A DNA stretch of 64,000 bases. Source: Verrucomicrobiota bacterium (GTDB lineage: Bacteria > Verrucomicrobiota > Verrucomicrobiia > Limisphaerales > SIBE01). The DNA lies in assembly GCA_016871515.1 (NCBI GenBank), contig VHDE01000013.1:518-64517 (forward strand), written 5' to 3'. The position numbers were made by a program, and so were the translations under genes. Numbering within the stretch: position 1 is the stretch's first letter; every line of letters begins with the position of its first letter. Below the pieces are notes generated by a model. It was not told where the DNA came from. It ran no database searches and saw only the letters and a program-made list of their open reading frames with translations. Of this stretch, positions 1-9,879 are shown piece by piece.

Positions 1-1124
1 GCATCGTCGTAGCCGAGCCATTGTTTGAGTTTCCAGCAGGCGAAAAATGGCACCAAGCCTGCGAGGACTCCGATCAACATAGCGCCACCGGTAGTTACGA
101 AGCCGCAAGCCGGCGTAATGACAACCAGACCGGCGACAATGCCGGAACAGAAACCGAGAATGCTCGGTTTGCCCTTGATCAGGTATTCGGACATCGCCCA
201 GACGAAGCCGGCGGTCGCAGCTGCGAGCGTCGTGGTGGTGAAGGCGTGCGCGGCAATGCCATCAGCGGCGAGAGCGCTTCCGGCGTTAAAGCCGTACCAA
301 CCGACCCAGAGCATGCCTGTTCCGATCATACAAAGGACCATGCTGTGAGGAGGCATCGGTTCTTTGCCGACTCCAAGGCGTTTGCCCAGAATGAGGCAAA
401 GGATGAGAGCCGACCAACCCGATGACATATGGACCACTGTTCCGCCTGCGAAATCGAGCGCCTTGATGGAGGCGTTGGCGTTGAGAGCGCCGCACATGAA
501 ACCATCCGCAGCCCACACCATGTGAGCGAGCGGAAAATACACGGCAAACATCCAGAGGGCGATGAACAGCAGCACCGCGGAATATTTCATGCGCTCCGCA
601 ATGGCGCCCACGATAAGAGCAGGTGTGATGATGGCGAATGTAAGTTGGAAAATCGCCCAGATATTGTTTGATATCCAGTTGCTGCCTTGCCCGACGCCGC
701 TGCCATCGACCCCTTTAAAGAGGGCGAAATCCATGCCTCCGAGGAAAGGCGATCCCGCGGCAAACGAAAGACTGTAACCGCAGACCCACCATAGAATGGT
801 CACCATCCCGGCGATGCCTAAACACTGCGCCATTACAGAGAGGACGTTTCTGCGGCGAACCAATCCGCCGTAAAACAAGGCGAGGCCAGGAAGCGTCATG
901 AATAAGACCAAAGCGGTCGAGGCCATTTGCCAGGCATTGTGTCCTGGGCCAGGTCCTGGAATTTTGCTCGGCGCGTTGGTGCTGGCATTGCGCGCGACGT
1001 TATTCATATAAGCTTCAAGGTCTTCGAGGCGCTCCTGGACGGATCGCTCCGGGGCCGAATCGGCGCAGAGGCCGCTGGCAACCAGAGCCATCAGTAAGCT
1101 GAGGGAGAGGAGTATCTTTTTCAT
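1..1124 (-). CDS. amtB: ammonium transporter (Amt/AmtB family); C-terminus cut by the window edge
   Basis: Minus-strand ORF open to the left edge, so it is absent from the ORF track (no in-window stop). ATG at 1124-1122. My translation gives MKKILLSLSLLMALVASGLCA (signal peptide), then LVLFMTLPGLALFYGGLVRRRNVLS, FQLTFAIITPALIVGAIAERMKYS, LDFAGGTVVHMSSGWSAL and MLWVGWYGFNAGSAL, which are conserved Amt/MEP blocks. It starts 39 bp downstream of glnK, the classic glnK-amtB pair. Confidence 0.9.
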   Translation of the reverse strand, partial: MKKILLSLSLLMALVASGLCADSAPERSVQERLEDLEAYMNNVARNASTNAPSKIPGPGPGHNAWQMASTALVLFMTLPGLALFYGGLVRRRNVLSVMAQCLGIAGMVTILWWVCGYSLSFAAGSPFLGGMDFALFKGVDGSGVGQGSNWISNNIWAIFQLTFAIITPALIVGAIAERMKYSAVLLFIALWMFAVYFPLAHMVWAADGFMCGALNANASIKALDFAGGTVVHMSSGWSALILCLILGKRLGVGKEPMPPHSMVLCMIGTGMLWVGWYGFNAGSALAADGIAAHAFTTTTLAAATAGFVWAMSEYLIKGKPSILGFCSGIVAGLVVITPACGFVTTGGAMLIGVLAGLVPFFACWKLKQWLGYDD

Positions 1125-1163
1125 TTTTGGGTTAACTGGGTATTGGGGGTCGTGCAGATTAAA

Positions 1164-1517
<354 letters not shown>

Positions 1518-1911
1518 TCACTACGTTCTGCTAAATGGTGAGTGGTGGTTTGGACGACGGTTCAACGCTCTGCCTGCTGGCAAACAATCTCGACCGACTT
1601 CTCGACGGCTAGTCCTGGCGGAGGGCGTGACAAACAGATCGAATACGAGCAAATCCAGCCAAGATCGGCAAGGTGCTTGTGGCGCATGGCCCATTTAGCA
1701 GCGGCAATGCCATTAGTCCTGCTGCGGGAACGGTTGCGCGCAATCAACTCATTGCGAGAGGGTTAACAGAATGAACGAATTGCGGGTCGTCCATGAACGC
1801 TATCGCTATTTGAACACGCTGATTTTTTTTAGCCATTAGTTCTGTGCAACGCGCTCTCGCACAGAGCTGAGCATTTTCATATACAAATCTGCCTGAACTG
1901 GTGTCTATTAG

Positions 1912-2475
1912 GTGCACGTGCAGGCCGAAAACAAGATTGAGTTGGATTGGCGCGAGCGGCTTTATGAAGACAAAGCCGCGGAACTTATTCTCTATGGCCG
2001 GGCCTTGGGTTTAAGTCATGATGAAGCTGAGGACGTCCTGCAGGAGACATTCTTAGCATTGATGCAGCGCGGGACCGTGCCCGAGCGGCCGGTAAATTAT
2101 TGCCTCCGATCATTCCGCAATCGCGCGCTGAATTATCGTCGCAGCCTTTGGCGGCGGATGGCTCGCGAATTGGAGTCTGTTCGATGGTTTGAACGGTCGG
2201 AAGGTGAAACCACGAGCGAAAGAGCGGCGATGCGATGCCTCATGAAGCTGTCACGCGAGCAACGCGAGGTGATTGTCCTGAAGATTTGGCACGAGCACAC
2301 CTTCGAGGAAATCGGCGAGTTGCTCGAGACGTCACCGAATACTGTCGCTGGACGGTATCGATACGGGATGCAGAAGTTAATTGCGCACTTGAAAGGAAAA
2401 GATCATGAACAATTGGAATCGTTGGGAGAACCCATTGCCCTCCTGGATACCGCGCCGCCCTTCCGCAAAGCTTAA
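1912..2475 (+). CDS. RNA polymerase ECF-type sigma-70 factor
   Basis: 187-aa ORF. Region 2 is DVLQETFLALMQ...YCLRSFRNRALNYRR. The region 4 HTH is REQREVIVLKIWHEHTFEEIGELLETSPNTVAGRYRYGMQKL. The start codon (GTG at 1912) is uncertain. Confidence 0.8.
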   Translation: MHVQAENKIELDWRERLYEDKAAELILYGRALGLSHDEAEDVLQETFLALMQRGTVPERPVNYCLRSFRNRALNYRRSLWRRMARELESVRWFERSEGETTSERAAMRCLMKLSREQREVIVLKIWHEHTFEEIGELLETSPNTVAGRYRYGMQKLIAHLKGKDHEQLESLGEPIALLDTAPPFRKA

Positions 2476-2806
2476 GGCCAGAATCTTCTCCGCGCCTGCC
2501 GCACCAAAAGAACCGTCGGTGGCCTTTGGGGGAGGCTGGCGATGGATGGCGCCGGCGATGGGACTGTTTCTATTGGTCGTGGTGCTGAGTCCACGGCACG
2601 AGCCGATGGGCTATCTTCCGGCGAACAGCACGAATGACTTGCTCGCAACGCTGGCTAGCCACCATGGCTACGCCTACGTGGCAGCGGCCTTTCACAGCAA
2701 ACAAAACGGGTTGGACGACGGGTTAGAATGGACCACTAAAACGCGGACGACGTTCCGCACGGGCGGTGGTTTTTCCCTGCTGCGAACGAATAGTTTGATG
2801 CAATAA
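2405..2806 (+). CDS. putative anti-sigma/membrane protein partner of the ECF sigma factor
   Basis: 133-aa ORF directly following the sigma gene and overlapping it by 71 nt. It has a single hydrophobic helix (WRWMAPAMGLFLLVVVLSP). There is no recognisable domain, and the call rests on position only. Confidence 0.4.
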   Translation: MNNWNRWENPLPSWIPRRPSAKLKARIFSAPAAPKEPSVAFGGGWRWMAPAMGLFLLVVVLSPRHEPMGYLPANSTNDLLATLASHHGYAYVAAAFHSKQNGLDDGLEWTTKTRTTFRTGGGFSLLRTNSLMQ

Positions 2807-2835
2807 GCATAGCATGCAGTTAAGAGCGCCCGCCT

Positions 2836-2937
2836 CCATGAACCTCGGTCGTAGGACGGGGCGTCTCGCCTGTCCAGCATTTGCGTGCACCAAAAGCAGG
2901 ACAGGCAGGACGCGTTGTCCTGCCAAACGGTTCATGG
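2836..2937. repeat. MITE/REP-like element bounded by CCATGAACC...GGTTCATGG (102-bp variant)
   Basis: It has 9-bp terminal inverted repeats, ccatgaacc at 2836 and ggttcatgg ending at 2937. Internal hairpins include ggacggggcgtctcgcctgtcc and ggcaggacgcgttgtcctgcc. The termini are the same as in the copies at 2974 and 23486. Confidence 0.65.
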
Positions 2938-2973
2938 GTGTAATGGTCGAAAATGTGGTTCGGAGACATCTCT

Positions 2974-3099
2974 CCATGAACCGGCCGCTGTGGTATGGAG
3001 TTCCGGCTTCAGCCGGAGCGATTGCATTGCGCAAAATCTGTTTAGGCGCCAGCAAATGCTGCCGCCTAAAGGCGCGACTACATACCGGGAGGTTCATGG
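2974..3099. repeat. MITE/REP-like element bounded by CCATGAACC...GGTTCATGG (126 bp)
   Basis: Same termini as the other copies. Internal hairpins are ccggcttcagccgg and gccgcctaaaggcg. It closely matches the reverse complement of the 126-bp copy at 23486-23611. Confidence 0.75.
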
Positions 3100-3135
3100 A
3101 ACAGGGCACGTGCAGCTGAAATTGACGGGTTAAGG

Positions 3136-6100
3136 ATGAATAACGACAAATCGAAATCAGATCCCAAACCAGGCGAAGCAAAGACAAAGCCACCGCTGCC
3201 AGGGCCGGCGCCCATCGCGCCGAAAACCGCAACTCCAACGGCCTCGGGCCCTCGTTTCGCGCTCTTCCGTAGAATCGACTGGGTCACATTCGGGCTCACG
3301 ACGCTCCTGACCTTCATCGGTTATTACCTGACGCTGGCGCCGGACCTGACGCTGGAGGATTCCGGGGAATTGGCAGTGGGCTCGTTTTATGCCGGAGTCC
3401 CGCATCCACCCGGTTATCCGGTGTGGACACTTTATACGTGGCTCTTCACGTTGATTCCCTATTCGAATATCGCGTGGCGGGTTGCTCTCTCTTCGGCGGT
3501 GGCGGCGGCATTTGCGTGCGGTTTGCTGGCGCTGATGGTTTCGCGCGGCAGCAGTCTTTTGCTCGAGGGAATTGCCGAATTCAAACTGATTGAGCGTCGC
3601 TGGGAGAATGTGCTCTGCCTGGTCTCCGGCTTTGTCGCTGGCATGTTGCTTGGATTTAACGGGTTCATGTGGAGCCAGGCAGTCATCGTCGAAGTTTACA
3701 CGTTGAGCGTGCTCTCGTTCATGGCCGTGCTCTGCTGTCTGTTCCGCTGGATTTATGCGCCTGAGCAACGCCGCTATCTGTACTGGGCTTTCTTCTGGTT
3801 CGGCATCTGTTTCACGAATCATCAAACATTGATCGTCGCGGCGATGGGAATCGAAATCTTGATTATGGCCGTCCAGCCAAAGCTGGGCCGCGACCTATTT
3901 GTTGGAAATAGCATTGTTTATCTGCTCGGGATCGTGGCGAAGGCCGCGGGAGTTCTCACGGCGTTTGATAGCAACCCGCCGTTGTTTGTCATTTACAACT
4001 TGGTCGGCGTCGGGTCGATAACGCTCGTTATTTGGCTGAGCATTCGCCTTCGTGTGACCTTTGCCGTCTGGGAGGCTTTATTCCGCGACCTGCTTTTTGC
4101 GCTGGGTGTTGTCTATCTTCTAGCGCTGGTCCTAAACCAGATGGAAGTGATCGCCTTGAGCAGGAGGTCAGGGTTCATCGCACACCTCATTGGCCTCGGT
4201 GCTCTCGCTTTGTGCGGGCGCATCACTTACCAGGTTTCAAAAGCTAACCTCAAGTCACTTTCTGCCGCGGCCAAGGTTCTGTTGTTCTTTGCTGGCGGGT
4301 ACGTTCTGATCTTGATGTTAGCGTCGTTTCGGTCGGCGGTATTTCTCCGCCAGAATCTTCCTCTGTTCTATACGTTCCATGCGGTGGGCGCGGGCCTGCT
4401 CGTCTCCTCCCTGGCGTTCTTCATCAGGCGGACCGAGCTAGGTTCTGAACTGAAATTCATCAGCGGGCTCGCGGCGGTGTGGATTTTAGGCGCGTCGTTT
4501 TATTTTTACATGCCGCTGGCGTCGATGACCAATCCGCCTTTGAATTGGGGTTATCCCAGAACGGTGGAAGGCTTCAAGCACGCGCTTACGCGCGGTCAGT
4601 ACGAGCAAACAAATCCGACCAGCTCGATTGGCCGGTTCGTGGAACAAATCTGGATGTATGGCGAGGGAGCGTACGACGAATTCACGCCTGTCTATCTGCT
4701 GATTGGGTTGGTCCCTTTCTTGTTCTACCAGCGAATGCAGAAACGTGAGCGCGCCTGGTTGATCGGGTTGACGGCGATTGGCCTTTTCTTATCGGTGTTG
4801 CTTTTGATCCTGCTCAATCCGAATACCGACATGCAAAGCCGGCAACAGGCGCGCGTGTTTTTCACAGCCTCCCACATCATTGTGGCCATTGCGATCGGTT
4901 ACGGCGTCACGCTCATTGGCGGAGTGTTAGCGGCGGAATACCAGCGCTACCGGTTCGTCATCTTATGCAGCGGGGCGGTCGCGGCGGCGATTGAACTGTA
5001 TCATCTCGTCAGCACTTTCGACAAAACGCAGTTTCCGCTGATGCGCTTTTCCGCCGTGCTGGGACTCGCTTCGGCGGCCGTGTTCATCCTGGCGCTGCTC
5101 GTGGCTCGGCATCGGCCGATTTTGCCAGTCCTGATCGCCGTCTTCGCGCTCACGCCCGCGCGTTCGATCCTTTCGCATTGGGCGCCGAATGAACAACGCG
5201 GACACTTGTTTGGTTATTGGTTTGGCCATGACATGTTCACGCCGCCCTTCGGGATTTATCCCGAGATGGCGCGCAACGCCATTCTGTATGGCGGCACGGA
5301 TCCGGGACGGTTCAATCCGACCTACATGATTTTTTGCGAGAGCTTTATTCCAGCCAAACACAAGCCGCATGATCCGAACTTCGACCGGCGCGATGTCTAT
5401 CTGATCACGCAAAACGCGCTCGCCGACAAAACCTACCTCGATTACATCCGCGCCCATTACAACCGAAGCGCCCAGGTTGACCCGTATTTTTTCTCTGACT
5501 TAGTTCGGACCGAAAAGGAACGAGTCGAAGGGCGGACGAATCTCCTGGCTCGCGCCTTGTTGCCTCTGGATCGATATTTCACGGACCTTGGCGACCGCAT
5601 TGAGAGGCGCCGGCGTGCTGAGGGAGTTTACCCTCCAAAAGAAATCCTCACTCCGACAAACGAGGATTCGCAGCAGGCGTTTCACGAATATATCAACGAC
5701 GCGGCCCGCCGTCTGGCGCATGACCGGCAGTTTCCAAACGAACCCAAACAAGTGAAGCCAGGTGAGGGCGTTAGCTTCACGGAGGACAACCGCGTTCAAG
5801 TCAGCGGTCAAGTCGCGGTCATGTCTATCAATGGCCTCCTGACGAAAGTGATTTTTGACAAAAACCCGGAGAGCGAATTCTACGTCGAAGAAAGTTTTCC
5901 GTTGGACTGGATGTTCCCGCATCTGACGCCTTTTGGGATCATCATGAAAATTAACCGGCAGCCTGTTCCGGCGCTCACCGAGGGGATGATGTCGAAGGAC
6001 CACGAATTCTGGAGCAAATACTCCGAGCGTTTGATTGGCAATTGGGTAACGTACGACACGTCCGTGAAAGAAATCTGTGACTTTGCCGAGAAAACCTATC

Positions 6101-7194
6101 TCCGGCACGATTTCACCGGCTTCAAAGGCGACCGGAAATTTGCGCGCGATGACTTTGCGCGCAAGGCCTTCTCGAAATTGCGGAGCGCCATTGGGTGGCT
6201 CTACTGGTGGCGGGTGAGCCACGAATGCCCGCCGGAGCTGCGGCCGAAAGATCTCGCGGATCAACAGCGCTTAATGAAGGAGGCCGAATTTTCACTCAAG
6301 CAATCTTACGCTTTTTGCCCGTACAGCCCGGAAGCTCTCCACAAATATGTTACCCTTCTGCTGGGCGCTGGGCGCGTCGATGAAGCGTTCATGATTGCGG
6401 AGACGAGCCTTAAGTTTGATCCGGACAGTCCGGTCTTTCAAAGCTATGCCAACCAGCTTCGCGGCATGCGGGGAAACCAGTCGCAATTGATGCAAGCTCA
6501 AACCCAGTTTGCTCAGCTCGAACAGCAATTCCGATCTAACCCGACCAACCTGCAACTTGGGCTCCAGTTGGCCACAGCTTACATTCAAATGCAGCAGGGC
6601 GAAGCTGCGGTGCCGTTGCTGGAACAAGTTGCGGCGAGCCCACAGGCCGACGTTTCCGTCATGCTCCAGGCTGTTCAGCTGTTCGCCCAGGTCGGACGAA
6701 GACCGCAACTGGAGGCGGCCTTGCAAAAAATCAAGCCATTGCTTGGTCCACTGCAGAAACAGTACGAAGCGGACACGAATAACGCTGCGCTAGCTCGGCA
6801 ATTGGTCTCCGCGTATTTGCTGACGCAGCAAACGAATTTGGCCGTCTCTTTGGTTGATCAATTGGTGTCAGGACCGCAGGCCACAGCCGAAACACTGCTC
6901 GATGCGGCGCAAGTCTATAACCAGGTTCATGACCGCTCGAAGTTAGAAGGAACCCTGCAAAAGTTGGTCGCGATCATGCCGACGAGTCCGGAAGCTTGGT
7001 ACGATTTGGCCGCCGTTCAGGTCACGCTTGGAAAATCTCCGGAAGCCATCGCTTCGTTGAAGAAGGCGATGCAGCTCAGCCAAACGCGGTTTACCAATCA
7101 AGCGGGCGCGAAGGATTTGCGCCCCGAACTGGCGGTGGACCCGCGTTTCGCGCCGATCCGGCAATGGCCGGAGTTTCAGCAAATGCTGAAGTGA
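3136..7194 (+). CDS. DUF2723 (TMEM260-like GT-C fold) multi-pass membrane protein with C-terminal TPR-like region
   Basis: 1352-aa ORF. The N-terminal block YYLTLAPDLTLEDSGELAVGSFYAGVPHPPGYPVWTLYTW matches the DUF2723 signature (DsGEl...HPPGYP). Many TM helices follow, and the C-terminal ~400 aa is helical-repeat/TPR-like. Confidence 0.8.
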   Translation: MNNDKSKSDPKPGEAKTKPPLPGPAPIAPKTATPTASGPRFALFRRIDWVTFGLTTLLTFIGYYLTLAPDLTLEDSGELAVGSFYAGVPHPPGYPVWTLYTWLFTLIPYSNIAWRVALSSAVAAAFACGLLALMVSRGSSLLLEGIAEFKLIERRWENVLCLVSGFVAGMLLGFNGFMWSQAVIVEVYTLSVLSFMAVLCCLFRWIYAPEQRRYLYWAFFWFGICFTNHQTLIVAAMGIEILIMAVQPKLGRDLFVGNSIVYLLGIVAKAAGVLTAFDSNPPLFVIYNLVGVGSITLVIWLSIRLRVTFAVWEALFRDLLFALGVVYLLALVLNQMEVIALSRRSGFIAHLIGLGALALCGRITYQVSKANLKSLSAAAKVLLFFAGGYVLILMLASFRSAVFLRQNLPLFYTFHAVGAGLLVSSLAFFIRRTELGSELKFISGLAAVWILGASFYFYMPLASMTNPPLNWGYPRTVEGFKHALTRGQYEQTNPTSSIGRFVEQIWMYGEGAYDEFTPVYLLIGLVPFLFYQRMQKRERAWLIGLTAIGLFLSVLLLILLNPNTDMQSRQQARVFFTASHIIVAIAIGYGVTLIGGVLAAEYQRYRFVILCSGAVAAAIELYHLVSTFDKTQFPLMRFSAVLGLASAAVFILALLVARHRPILPVLIAVFALTPARSILSHWAPNEQRGHLFGYWFGHDMFTPPFGIYPEMARNAILYGGTDPGRFNPTYMIFCESFIPAKHKPHDPNFDRRDVYLITQNALADKTYLDYIRAHYNRSAQVDPYFFSDLVRTEKERVEGRTNLLARALLPLDRYFTDLGDRIERRRRAEGVYPPKEILTPTNEDSQQAFHEYINDAARRLAHDRQFPNEPKQVKPGEGVSFTEDNRVQVSGQVAVMSINGLLTKVIFDKNPESEFYVEESFPLDWMFPHLTPFGIIMKINRQPVPALTEGMMSKDHEFWSKYSERLIGNWVTYDTSVKEICDFAEKTYLRHDFTGFKGDRKFARDDFARKAFSKLRSAIGWLYWWRVSHECPPELRPKDLADQQRLMKEAEFSLKQSYAFCPYSPEALHKYVTLLLGAGRVDEAFMIAETSLKFDPDSPVFQSYANQLRGMRGNQSQLMQAQTQFAQLEQQFRSNPTNLQLGLQLATAYIQMQQGEAAVPLLEQVAASPQADVSVMLQAVQLFAQVGRRPQLEAALQKIKPLLGPLQKQYEADTNNAALARQLVSAYLLTQQTNLAVSLVDQLVSGPQATAETLLDAAQVYNQVHDRSKLEGTLQKLVAIMPTSPEAWYDLAAVQVTLGKSPEAIASLKKAMQLSQTRFTNQAGAKDLRPELAVDPRFAPIRQWPEFQQMLK

Positions 7195-7221
7195 TTGCTC
7201 AGGACTTTTGTTTGGGTAAAC

Positions 7222-7479
7222 ATGATCCTGTGGTTGGCGTTCGCTGGTCTCGCCGCTGCGCTTGTCTGGGCCAACGTTGGAATCGCAATGTTCCTCGTTA
7301 CTGCGGCACTGTTCGTTGTGAAGGACGTGATCTTTTCGGTTTGGGCAAAGCGTCAACTTCGGCAAGGCCTTCGTGCCATCGTGACGCGGACATCGGCCGG
7401 CGCCAAGCCTCAAAGGTTGTCGGAGCGTTGGAAGGCCCTTTGGCGTTCGCGTTTCACCTCTCCGCAGCCACAAAGCTAG
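7222..7479 (+). CDS. small hypothetical membrane protein
   Basis: ORF 7195..7479 with the first ATG at 7222. It has two hydrophobic helices (ILWLAFAGLAAALVWANVGIAMFLVTAALFVV). It starts right after the DUF2723 stop. No homology recognised. Confidence 0.3.
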   Translation: MILWLAFAGLAAALVWANVGIAMFLVTAALFVVKDVIFSVWAKRQLRQGLRAIVTRTSAGAKPQRLSERWKALWRSRFTSPQPQS

Positions 7480-8386
7480 CTACGATCGGGCGATGATCCG
7501 ACCCGACACCCCAGTTCGGCTGCGTAAGGATGTAGGTTCCGTTCGTATTCCATTCGCGAGCCATTCCACGACTGAGGAGGATATAATCGATTCGGCTGTA
7601 CGTGTCTTCTTTTCCGTAGTGATGCGTCCAGGTGATATGGCGCGGTTCGAACTGCGGATTGGGATTTGGCTGATCGTCGCCGTTTCGTTCGGCTGGCCGC
7701 GTGTCGGTTAAGGCCGCTCTGCCGCGGCCGATGATAATGCGAGTGGAGCGCGAATCCTTCACATCGTTCAGGTCACCCAGCACGATCAGATTCACCTCGG
7801 GATTGGCTTTGAGCCTCGCGTCAATCTTCTCGCGCAGAATCAGCGCCTCCTGTTCGCGCATCTCGGCCTCATCGGCCACGGCCACCGCGCGCCGCGATTT
7901 GAGATGCGCCGCGAACAGGGTGAATCGGTACTGCGCATTAACTTGAATATCGATCTCCGCAAAGCCGCGGCTCACTCGGAAACGCCGGCCACTCAGCAGA
8001 AAGCCTTCGTTCGTGTGCGGACGGCGCGCGACGATCGGAAACTGACTTAACACGGCGACGTAAATGTTCGTGTCAAAACCAGACGCGTGTTCCCAGTGAG
8101 GGTAATCGAGGCCGTCGGCCTTGAGCGCAGATCGAAGCTCCAGGAGCGCGTTCGTATTCCCAATTTCCTGGAGAGCGAGCACGTGCGGGCGCATGGCCCG
8201 AATGCTCTCCCTAATCTTGGCCTTCGAAGCGGGTGATTTCGCGGGGCGCGTGCCAGAAGGGGCATCGATGTAATTCTCCACGTTGTAGGTCGCAACCGTA
8301 AATGTGCCGGCCCCGATGGCAATCGCAGGGACCAAGCATAGAACCGCGGCCAAGACCAAAGAGGAACGGCCATTGCGCAAATGCAT
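7454..8386 (-). CDS. endonuclease/exonuclease/phosphatase (EEP) family protein, secreted
   Basis: 310 aa with a signal peptide. EEP blocks present: TVATYNVENY, LALQEIG, LGDLND, DYILLS, SDHRPIVASF. Confidence 0.8.
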   Translation of the reverse strand: MHLRNGRSSLVLAAVLCLVPAIAIGAGTFTVATYNVENYIDAPSGTRPAKSPASKAKIRESIRAMRPHVLALQEIGNTNALLELRSALKADGLDYPHWEHASGFDTNIYVAVLSQFPIVARRPHTNEGFLLSGRRFRVSRGFAEIDIQVNAQYRFTLFAAHLKSRRAVAVADEAEMREQEALILREKIDARLKANPEVNLIVLGDLNDVKDSRSTRIIIGRGRAALTDTRPAERNGDDQPNPNPQFEPRHITWTHHYGKEDTYSRIDYILLSRGMAREWNTNGTYILTQPNWGVGSDHRPIVASFVAAER

Positions 8387-8585
8387 GAGGGAGATTTAGT
8401 CGCAGCAATGCAGGAAGTCAAAAGACAATCGGACCAGCAGTTCTCATTATGGTCCCCAAATGGAACTGCTGCAATCGGTCGTGGCATGGTTTGCCTTGCC
8501 CCGCGGCGTTCACAGGCAACCAAGTGAGGTTGGGTGGAGTGAAGCGTCTCAGGTTTTGTGGCGCGACAAACGCCTTCAACCAGTG

Positions 8586-9503
8586 CTACCCAGTTCCGCG
8601 AAAAGCTAAGGCAGCAGCGCCAACGAGTCCGGCATCATTGCCCAGTGCGGCCTTAACCACAGCGATTTCGTGGCGTGGAATCATGGCGGCTGCGTCGATG
8701 CTTTGCTGAATGGCGCTGGCAAAGAGCCGAAAATGGTCGTCGATGATTCCGCCGCCAAGAACGAAACGCTGCGGCAGAAACGTGTGCAGGAGAGCCCAAG
8801 CTGCGCAAGCCGTGGCGTCCAACGCTTGGTCGATGATGGCTTTGGCGCGGCTGTTATTTACCGAGGCCGCGACAAAAACGTCACGCGCGGTGTGAAAGCC
8901 ATGTTCCTGCCCGGCTTTCTCGATCGCCGCGCCAGACGCAATTGATTCCAGGCAGCCGCTGCGGCCGCAATAACACACGGCCCCGCCTCGCATGACCGGC
9001 ACGTGACCGATTTCCGGATGCTCACCTGCGGCGCCCCGGAACACGGCGTTGCCGCTCAGGGCCGCGCCACCAATGCCGGTGCCGAATGTCAGCATCACGA
9101 CTGGATCAAACCCGCGCGCCGCTCCGGCCAGTGACTCGCCTAGCAAGGCGGCGTCCGCGTCATTTTCGAGATAAACGGGCAACCCAACTCGGCTCTGGAG
9201 CGACGTGATGAGATTACCGCCTTCCCAACCTGGAAGTGTGTACGGATTGTTCACCAGGCCGGTTCGAGGATTCACGGGCCCGGCGCAGCCGATGCCTAGG
9301 CCGGCCAGCGCGGAAAACTCGAGCGCTTGCGCGCGCAACAGTTCGCCAAGAGTAAGCGTGATCGACGATACTGCGCTCTGAAACTCCTTCGGGGTTGCGA
9401 ACGACTGCCGGCACACGATTTGGCCACTGCGGTCGACAAGGCCAACGGCGATCTTCGTTCCGCCAATGTCGATTCCTGCTGATAGGCGGCGTTGCTCACT
9501 CAT
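8586..9503 (-). CDS. ROK family sugar kinase (glucokinase-like)
   Basis: 305 aa. Motifs: IDIGGTKIAVGLVD (ATP-binding), ENDADAALLGE, and the zinc motif GHVPV...CYCGRSGCLESIASG. Confidence 0.85.
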   Translation of the reverse strand: MSEQRRLSAGIDIGGTKIAVGLVDRSGQIVCRQSFATPKEFQSAVSSITLTLGELLRAQALEFSALAGLGIGCAGPVNPRTGLVNNPYTLPGWEGGNLITSLQSRVGLPVYLENDADAALLGESLAGAARGFDPVVMLTFGTGIGGAALSGNAVFRGAAGEHPEIGHVPVMRGGAVCYCGRSGCLESIASGAAIEKAGQEHGFHTARDVFVAASVNNSRAKAIIDQALDATACAAWALLHTFLPQRFVLGGGIIDDHFRLFASAIQQSIDAAAMIPRHEIAVVKAALGNDAGLVGAAALAFRGTG

Positions 9504-9610
9504 GTCTGCGCATTATCCTAAGGGGCAGTTGAACCGCGAACAAACACTATGCTCTTTATCGCAATAGATTTCCGGATAGGCAGGGCAGGCGCTGCTGCCT
9601 TCCGGTTTAG

Positions 9611-9746
9611 CGTAGCGCAGACTTTCAGTCTGCTGTATCGCAGAATTGTATTCTGCGGATCGTCCGCAAGTTCGAGCGTCCTGGAATGTGCGGACGGTAT
9701 GCCGATTGCAAATCGGCGATACAGCAGACTGAAAGTCTGCGCTACG
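9611..9746. repeat. 136-bp REPIN (inverted REP pair), 'gcagaCtttcaGtctgc' variant
   Basis: It has perfect 30-bp terminal inverted repeats, cgtagcgcagactttcagtctgctgtatcg and cgatacagcagactgaaagtctgcgctacg. Each arm carries a 7-bp-stem hairpin preceded by GTAG. Internal hairpins are cgcagaattgtattctgcg and ccgattgcaaatcgg. Confidence 0.85.
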
Positions 9747-9879
9747 ACGAAGGCAAGCGCGCTAACCATGTGGGCCGCGCTTCCGGCAAACCAGTGCTAG
9801 CAGATGCGAAACCCGAATGAGCACTCTCGGCGAGCCTCCTGGTTTGCTTACGAAATCGCTGCTAATCTTCTTTCATGAA

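Noticed and set aside
1885-1921. ECF-like promoter string TGAACT-N17-CGTG just upstream of, and overlapping, the first ECF sigma gene start.
   Set aside because: The -10-like element overlaps the annotated GTG start at 1912. It would only work with a downstream alternative start, which is too speculative to call.
2405-2475. The 71-nt overlap between the first ECF sigma ORF and the following membrane-protein ORF, considered as a possible programmed frameshift or fusion.
   Set aside because: There is no slippery sequence. The simpler explanation is an uncertain start for the downstream gene or a non-conserved sigma C-terminal tail.
2814-3119. Small ORFs lying entirely in repeats: 2814-3119, 9549-9800, 9518-9769, 23383-23637, 38093-38485, 53935-54360, 59154-59519, 62505-62738 and 62537-62731.
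   Set aside because: They are translations of REP/REPIN/MITE sequences, and the same peptides recur wherever the repeat recurs. They are open on both strands because the elements are palindromic.
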